Source of the DNA: Methanobacteriota archaeon
Lineage (GTDB): Archaea; Thermoplasmatota; E2; DHVEG-1
Assembly: GCA_963769885.1 (NCBI GenBank)
Contig: CAVYNH010000006.1
Span: 672,001 to 736,000, forward strand
Length of the DNA: 64,000 nt
Direction: 5' to 3'
The notes under the pieces were generated by a model, which saw only the letters and a list, made by a program, of their open reading frames with translations, was not told where the DNA came from and ran no database searches. Shown here piece after piece: positions 58,477 to 64,000 of this stretch (position 1 is its first letter; every line of letters starts with the position of its first letter). The translations under genes were made by a program, and so were the position numbers.

Positions 58477-59124
58477 ATGCAGATTCATCCTATTTTCGGC
58501 ATCGATTACGACGCGAACATCTACCTTATACCAGGGGAAACGCCGACGCTTATCGATACCGGGACCGGGTTTCATAGTGAAGCAGCCCTAGAAGACCTCA
58601 GGGATTTCATCAATCCAGGGCAGATCCAGCAGATCATCCTTACCCACGAGCACTATGACCACGTCGGCGGGACACCGGACTTCCTCCAAGCGACCACGGG
58701 AAAGGCCCGCGTCGGCGCCCTCCAGACGATCTCTGAGAAGCTGAAGACGGGGAAAAGCACTTTTGCGGAGATGCTCGGCGGCCACATGCCCTCCATTGAC
58801 ATTACCCTGCTTCTCAACGATGGAGAGAAAATCATCTGTGGAGACGACGAGTTCACCGTGCTCGCCACTCCGGGACACAGCCCAGGCAGCCTCTGCCTCT
58901 ACAACCCCAAAGACAAGGTTCTGTTCAGCGGCGACACCGTCTTCGCCGGTGGCGGCTACGGTCGCTACGACTTCCCCGGCGGCGACTACGACCAGCTCCT
59001 CGCCTCCGTCCAACGTCTCATGACCATCGAAGTAGACGCCCTCTACAGCGGCCACGGTCCCGTCGTCACCAAGAACGCCAGCCGAGACATCAGGGAGGCC
59101 TACAAGAACATCCTGATCAGGTGA
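58477..59124 (+). CDS. Metallo-beta-lactamase-fold hydrolase
   Basis: THEHYDHVGG, TPGHS, SGD, GHG. Confidence 0.9.
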   Translation: MQIHPIFGIDYDANIYLIPGETPTLIDTGTGFHSEAALEDLRDFINPGQIQQIILTHEHYDHVGGTPDFLQATTGKARVGALQTISEKLKTGKSTFAEMLGGHMPSIDITLLLNDGEKIICGDDEFTVLATPGHSPGSLCLYNPKDKVLFSGDTVFAGGGYGRYDFPGGDYDQLLASVQRLMTIEVDALYSGHGPVVTKNASRDIREAYKNILIR

Positions 59125-59360
59125 CCATGCCCAACGTACGCGCCATCCTCAACGAGCTGAAATGGAGCAAAGACCTGTCCAAGGCCGAGATCTGGTACCG
59201 CCATCGCGGCGCCCCCAACGACACTATGATCATCTCCGGCGCCGACATCACCGACATCGGCCGGTCGTTCTTCGAGACCACCACCGCTTCCATCCCGTTC
59301 CACCGCATCTTGAAAATCTGTTACGACGGCACCGTCGTCTTCGATCGAAGCCAGATTTAA
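59121..59360 (+). CDS. DUF504/MJ1316-like RNA-end recognition protein
   Basis: R.ILN.LKW...Y.HRG...IPFHRI..I. Confidence 0.85.
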   Translation: MTMPNVRAILNELKWSKDLSKAEIWYRHRGAPNDTMIISGADITDIGRSFFETTTASIPFHRILKICYDGTVVFDRSQI

Positions 59361-59411
59361 TAACACGGGAACCCTATTCCCACCGAAAAACAATGATAAG
59401 AGGCATCACCC

Positions 59412-60682
59412 ATGGCTGAAGAGAAAACCTCCCAGATCTCAGGTTTCTACAAACTCCCCATCGAAGACCGCCGCGCATTGGTGAAGCGGTTCGCCGGCCT
59501 GTCTGACGATGAGCACTCCCTGTTCTCCTCCAGTCTCGACCTTCAAACCGCGGACCGCATGATTGAGAACGTCATCGGCACCTTTGAACTGCCCTTGGGC
59601 CTCGCTGTCAACTTCCGAATCAACAAAAAAGACTACCTCATCCCCATGGCGACGGAGGAATCCAGCGTCGTCGCCGCCGCCAGCAACGGCGCTAAGATGG
59701 CCCGCGTCCTCGGCGGCTTCACCGCTACCTGCTCCCCGCCCTTGATGATCGGTCAGATCCAGCTCCTCGCGATGCGTGATGCGGCTAGTGCCGCCCAAGA
59801 GATCATAGATCGAAAACACGACGTCCTGAAGCTGGCGAACGAACAAGATAAGGTGCTGACGGATCTAGGCGGCGGGGCCAAAGACCTCGAAGTCCGGATT
59901 CTGGACAGCCCTCTTGGCAAAATGCTCGTCGTCCACCTCATCGTCGACGTCCGAGACGCCATGGGGGCCAACGCGGTCAACACCATGTGCGAAGCGATCG
60001 CGCCAGTGCTTGCTGAGCTCGCCAACGGCAAAGCCCGGCTCCGGATTCTCACCAACCTAGCAGACCGCCGGCTCATCACCGCCGCCGCGACCTTCGATGC
60101 GAAAACCATCGGCGGGGATGCAGTCGTCGATGCCTTCCTTGAATCCTATACCCTAGCGATGGTGGATCCGTACCGCGCGGCGACCCACAACAAGGGAATC
60201 ATGAACGGTATCGATGCGGTCATCATCGCCACGGGTAACGACTTTCGTGCTATCGAGGCAGGGGCGCATGCGTATGCCGCCCGAAACGGCTGCTATACCT
60301 CACTGACGACCTATGAGCAGGATGAGGCGGGGAACCTGATGGGGATGATCGAACTGCCGATGGCGGTCGGCATCGTCGGCGGCGCTGCGAACATGCATCC
60401 CAAGGCCCGACTTTGCCGTAGGATTCTGGGTATCACATCTGCCGCCGAGCTGGGTATGATTGCGGGTAGTGTCGGCCTCGCCCAGAACTTCGCTGCAGTA
60501 TTGGCACTCTCCACAGTCGGAATCCAGAAAGGGCATATGTCCCTGCATGCAAAAAACATCGCCGTGATGGCTGGAGTCAGGGGGCCGAGATCGACGTTCT
60601 TGGTGAGAAGCTGGTCGCTGAAGGGAAGGTGAAGTTGGACCGGGCCAGGATTCTTCTTGAGGAGATGCGCAGGAAGAAATAG
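59412..60682 (+). CDS. mvaA: Class II HMG-CoA reductase (one missing base at ~60576)
   Basis: MIENVIG, PMATEE.SVVAA, DAMGAN, THNKG, GIQKGHMSLH; the shifted frame continues GAEIDVLGEKLV...KK to stop 60682. Confidence 0.92.
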
Positions 60683-60791
60683 GTAACTGTCTTCTCAGTG
60701 GCTGCCAAGTCTATTAATACTCTCCACACTGAATCCTTCTAAAAAACACGTGAAAATATTCGAAGAGTAATTGAAGATGAAAAATAGCGGT

Positions 60792-62284
<1,493 letters not shown>

Positions 62285-62298
62285 CTATACATCAACCA

Positions 62299-63555
62299 AT
62301 GCCTTCGGAGACCTCAAAAAAACAAAAAGACATGGACAAACTCCGCCGCATCCTCGACAACCCTAACGATCCCACCCTCGCCACCGACAACCCCAGCCTC
62401 GACTCCGTCCGCCGCCGGCTCACCCACACCAGACCCCCCACTACCCACACCAGACCCACCACCCCCAATATGCAACCCCACGTCACCATCCGCCAACCCC
62501 ACCCCGCCACCGAACCCCTCCCCACATGGACCCTTCACGAGACACCCCCAACGATACCATCGAGCGAAAAAGAACTCCCCCTTTGGATCCCCATTGATAC
62601 ACCGACACTAACGGCATCCACAACCCTGCCTCCCCTCACCTTCTCAGACCAACCCCTCTTCGACATCGAACAACCAGAACCCACCGCCACCTTCGAAACC
62701 ATCACCGACATTGAACCACAGCCGACCCACGAGACCAGCACCGAGAAACCCACGACTACGGAACTCCCCCATTGGGAACTCGTCACTCCCCCAACCACGA
62801 CATCGGACGAGCCACCCCACGTCCCTCTCCAAGAATTCACCGAAGTCACCACTGAAAGCCCCGCCCCGCCCGTTCACGAACCAGAGCTACCCGCCCCAGC
62901 GAAGCAGACGTGGCGGCAACGGCGAGCAGAGAAAAAAACAGCACGAATCCAGGCTAGAGAGGCGAAACGACGAGAGACCCTCAACCACGCCAAGACCACC
63001 CCAGAGCCACAACCATCAGGGGTACGTCTCAAGCCAGTGGCGCCCCTCCCGACACAGAATGGTGAAGGCTTCCGCGGCATCCCCAGTATCGATGACCAGA
63101 CCGCAGAGCTTCTCTTCAGAAACGGGTACTACACCCTGGAGCAGCTCCGTCAGACCCCGGTCGGAACCCTTATCAAGATCAAGGGCATCAAACGCAAGCA
63201 AGCCAAACAAATCAAAAAAGAGGTCGATGACTACTTCGCAGCCAGCAACAAGCCGCCCGAACCTGCACCCAAAACGAAGCGGCAGTCAAAGAAGAAATCA
63301 CGAAAGGATGAGGACGCGGATGTCACCGAATGGGAATCCTATGAGGCATCCGACGAGTTGCACACCCCACCGATCTGCACCTACGAGGGTTACACTCTGT
63401 ATCGGCGGGAAGTCAAGTCGGGGCGGATAAAGACCACGATGCATTTCTTCAGCAGGAACCCGCCGGATAAAGGCAGCCCCTCGGCACTCCCCGAGGGATA
63501 CATCATCGCAGTCAACAAGCGCACCGGCGTCCCGTACATAAAGAAGCAGAAATAG
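62299..63555 (+). CDS. Protein with Pro/Thr/Glu-rich disordered region, tandem HhH domain and C-terminal copy of the 45663 domain
   Basis: IPSID..TAELL..NGY.TLEQL....L.KIKGI...AK.I; C-terminal GYTLY...HFFS...LPEGY...VNKRTGVPYIKK. Confidence 0.75.
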   Translation: MPSETSKKQKDMDKLRRILDNPNDPTLATDNPSLDSVRRRLTHTRPPTTHTRPTTPNMQPHVTIRQPHPATEPLPTWTLHETPPTIPSSEKELPLWIPIDTPTLTASTTLPPLTFSDQPLFDIEQPEPTATFETITDIEPQPTHETSTEKPTTTELPHWELVTPPTTTSDEPPHVPLQEFTEVTTESPAPPVHEPELPAPAKQTWRQRRAEKKTARIQAREAKRRETLNHAKTTPEPQPSGVRLKPVAPLPTQNGEGFRGIPSIDDQTAELLFRNGYYTLEQLRQTPVGTLIKIKGIKRKQAKQIKKEVDDYFAASNKPPEPAPKTKRQSKKKSRKDEDADVTEWESYEASDELHTPPICTYEGYTLYRREVKSGRIKTTMHFFSRNPPDKGSPSALPEGYIIAVNKRTGVPYIKKQK

Positions 63556-63598
63556 GTCATCGCTGTATTTTTATAGGCCTTTTTCGTACGCCTAGGGT

Positions 63599-64000
63599 AT
63601 GAGTGGCACGTGGACCGGTCCGCTGCAAAAGATCGCTGACTATCAGTATCGCATTCCGGTGAATTATCGAGGCGAACGCCAGAACCTTCAAATGAAGACC
63701 TCAGCGGTGATCTATGCTAGCGATTCGATGATCCCGTGTATAAGGGCGGATAATGCTCCTGAGCAGGCGGCTAACGTCACGATGCTCCCCGGGATTGTGG
63801 GTGAATCGCTGGCTATGCCGGATATCCATTGGGGCTACGGGTTTCCAATAGGCGGTGTCGCGGCCACTGACTCTGAGGTAGGCGTGGTATCCCCCGGCGG
63901 CGTCGGCTTTGATATTAATTGCGGCGTGCGACTGGTGCGGACGAACCTGTATCGAAAGGACCTCTCCGCTCAGCAGATTCAGGCGTTGGTAGACGAGATG
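63599..64000 (+). CDS. rtcB: RNA 2',3'-cyclic phosphate/5'-OH ligase RtcB (partial)
   Basis: Manual translation: ...ANVTMLPGI...[17 protein letters not shown]...[15 protein letters not shown]. Confidence 0.95.
   Translation, partial: MSGTWTGPLQKIADYQYRIPVNYRGERQNLQMKTSAVIYASDSMIPCIRADNAPEQAANVTMLPGIVGESLAMPDIHWGYGFPIGGVAATDSEVGVVSPGGVGFDINCGVRLVRTNLYRKDLSAQQIQALVDEM

Noticed and set aside
19933-60682. Pseudogenes or programmed frameshifting in six split genes
   Set aside because: No slippery heptamers were seen, the genes are otherwise intact and include housekeeping functions, and the indels sit at GTAC or inferred AGCT sites, so sequencing error is more likely.

Overview
Archaeal chromosomal window, most likely Thermoplasmatota. 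Marine Benthic Group D/Thermoprofundales is inferred from archaeal r-protein and translation genes, many secreted beta-helix, PKD and transglutaminase proteins, a gingipain-family C25 peptidase and a group 3b hydrogenase. Bases 1-12044 are a mostly AT-rich accessory island. It holds a RelE-type toxin-antitoxin pair, an unannotated AbrB-like ORF, an operon of four small paralogous HTH proteins coupled to a Swt1-like HEPN RNase, a second convergent HEPN/Zn-ribbon gene, a Xer-like tyrosine recombinase, a PD-(D/E)XK nuclease, surface proteins and a retropepsin. A same-orientation ~21-bp intergenic motif (consensus TAGCAATTCCACTAYnnGGTA) cuts the island into 1-2-gene modules, which suggests a non-canonical integron-like cassette array. 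The rest is GC-rich core or semi-core genome: LemA/DUF2207, a cluster of Zn-finger and RHH microproteins around a GT4 glycosyltransferase, malic enzyme, a ~2,200-aa surface protein, a sulfhydrogenase operon with fused beta-gamma subunits, SAMP/E1, a HerA-type ATPase fused to an EndoIII-type 4Fe-4S domain, dph5, rnp4, rps19e-PDCD5-rpl39e-rpl31e-eif6, thrS, purP, C25 peptidase, a GAPDH-like enzyme, class II HMG-CoA reductase, pyrBI and the start of rtcB. Six genes carry single-base frameshifts, four at GTAC and two at inferred AGCT sites. These are probably methylation-induced long-read errors rather than pseudogenes. No tRNA, rRNA or CRISPR array was recognised. All calls come from reading the sequence, without database searches.
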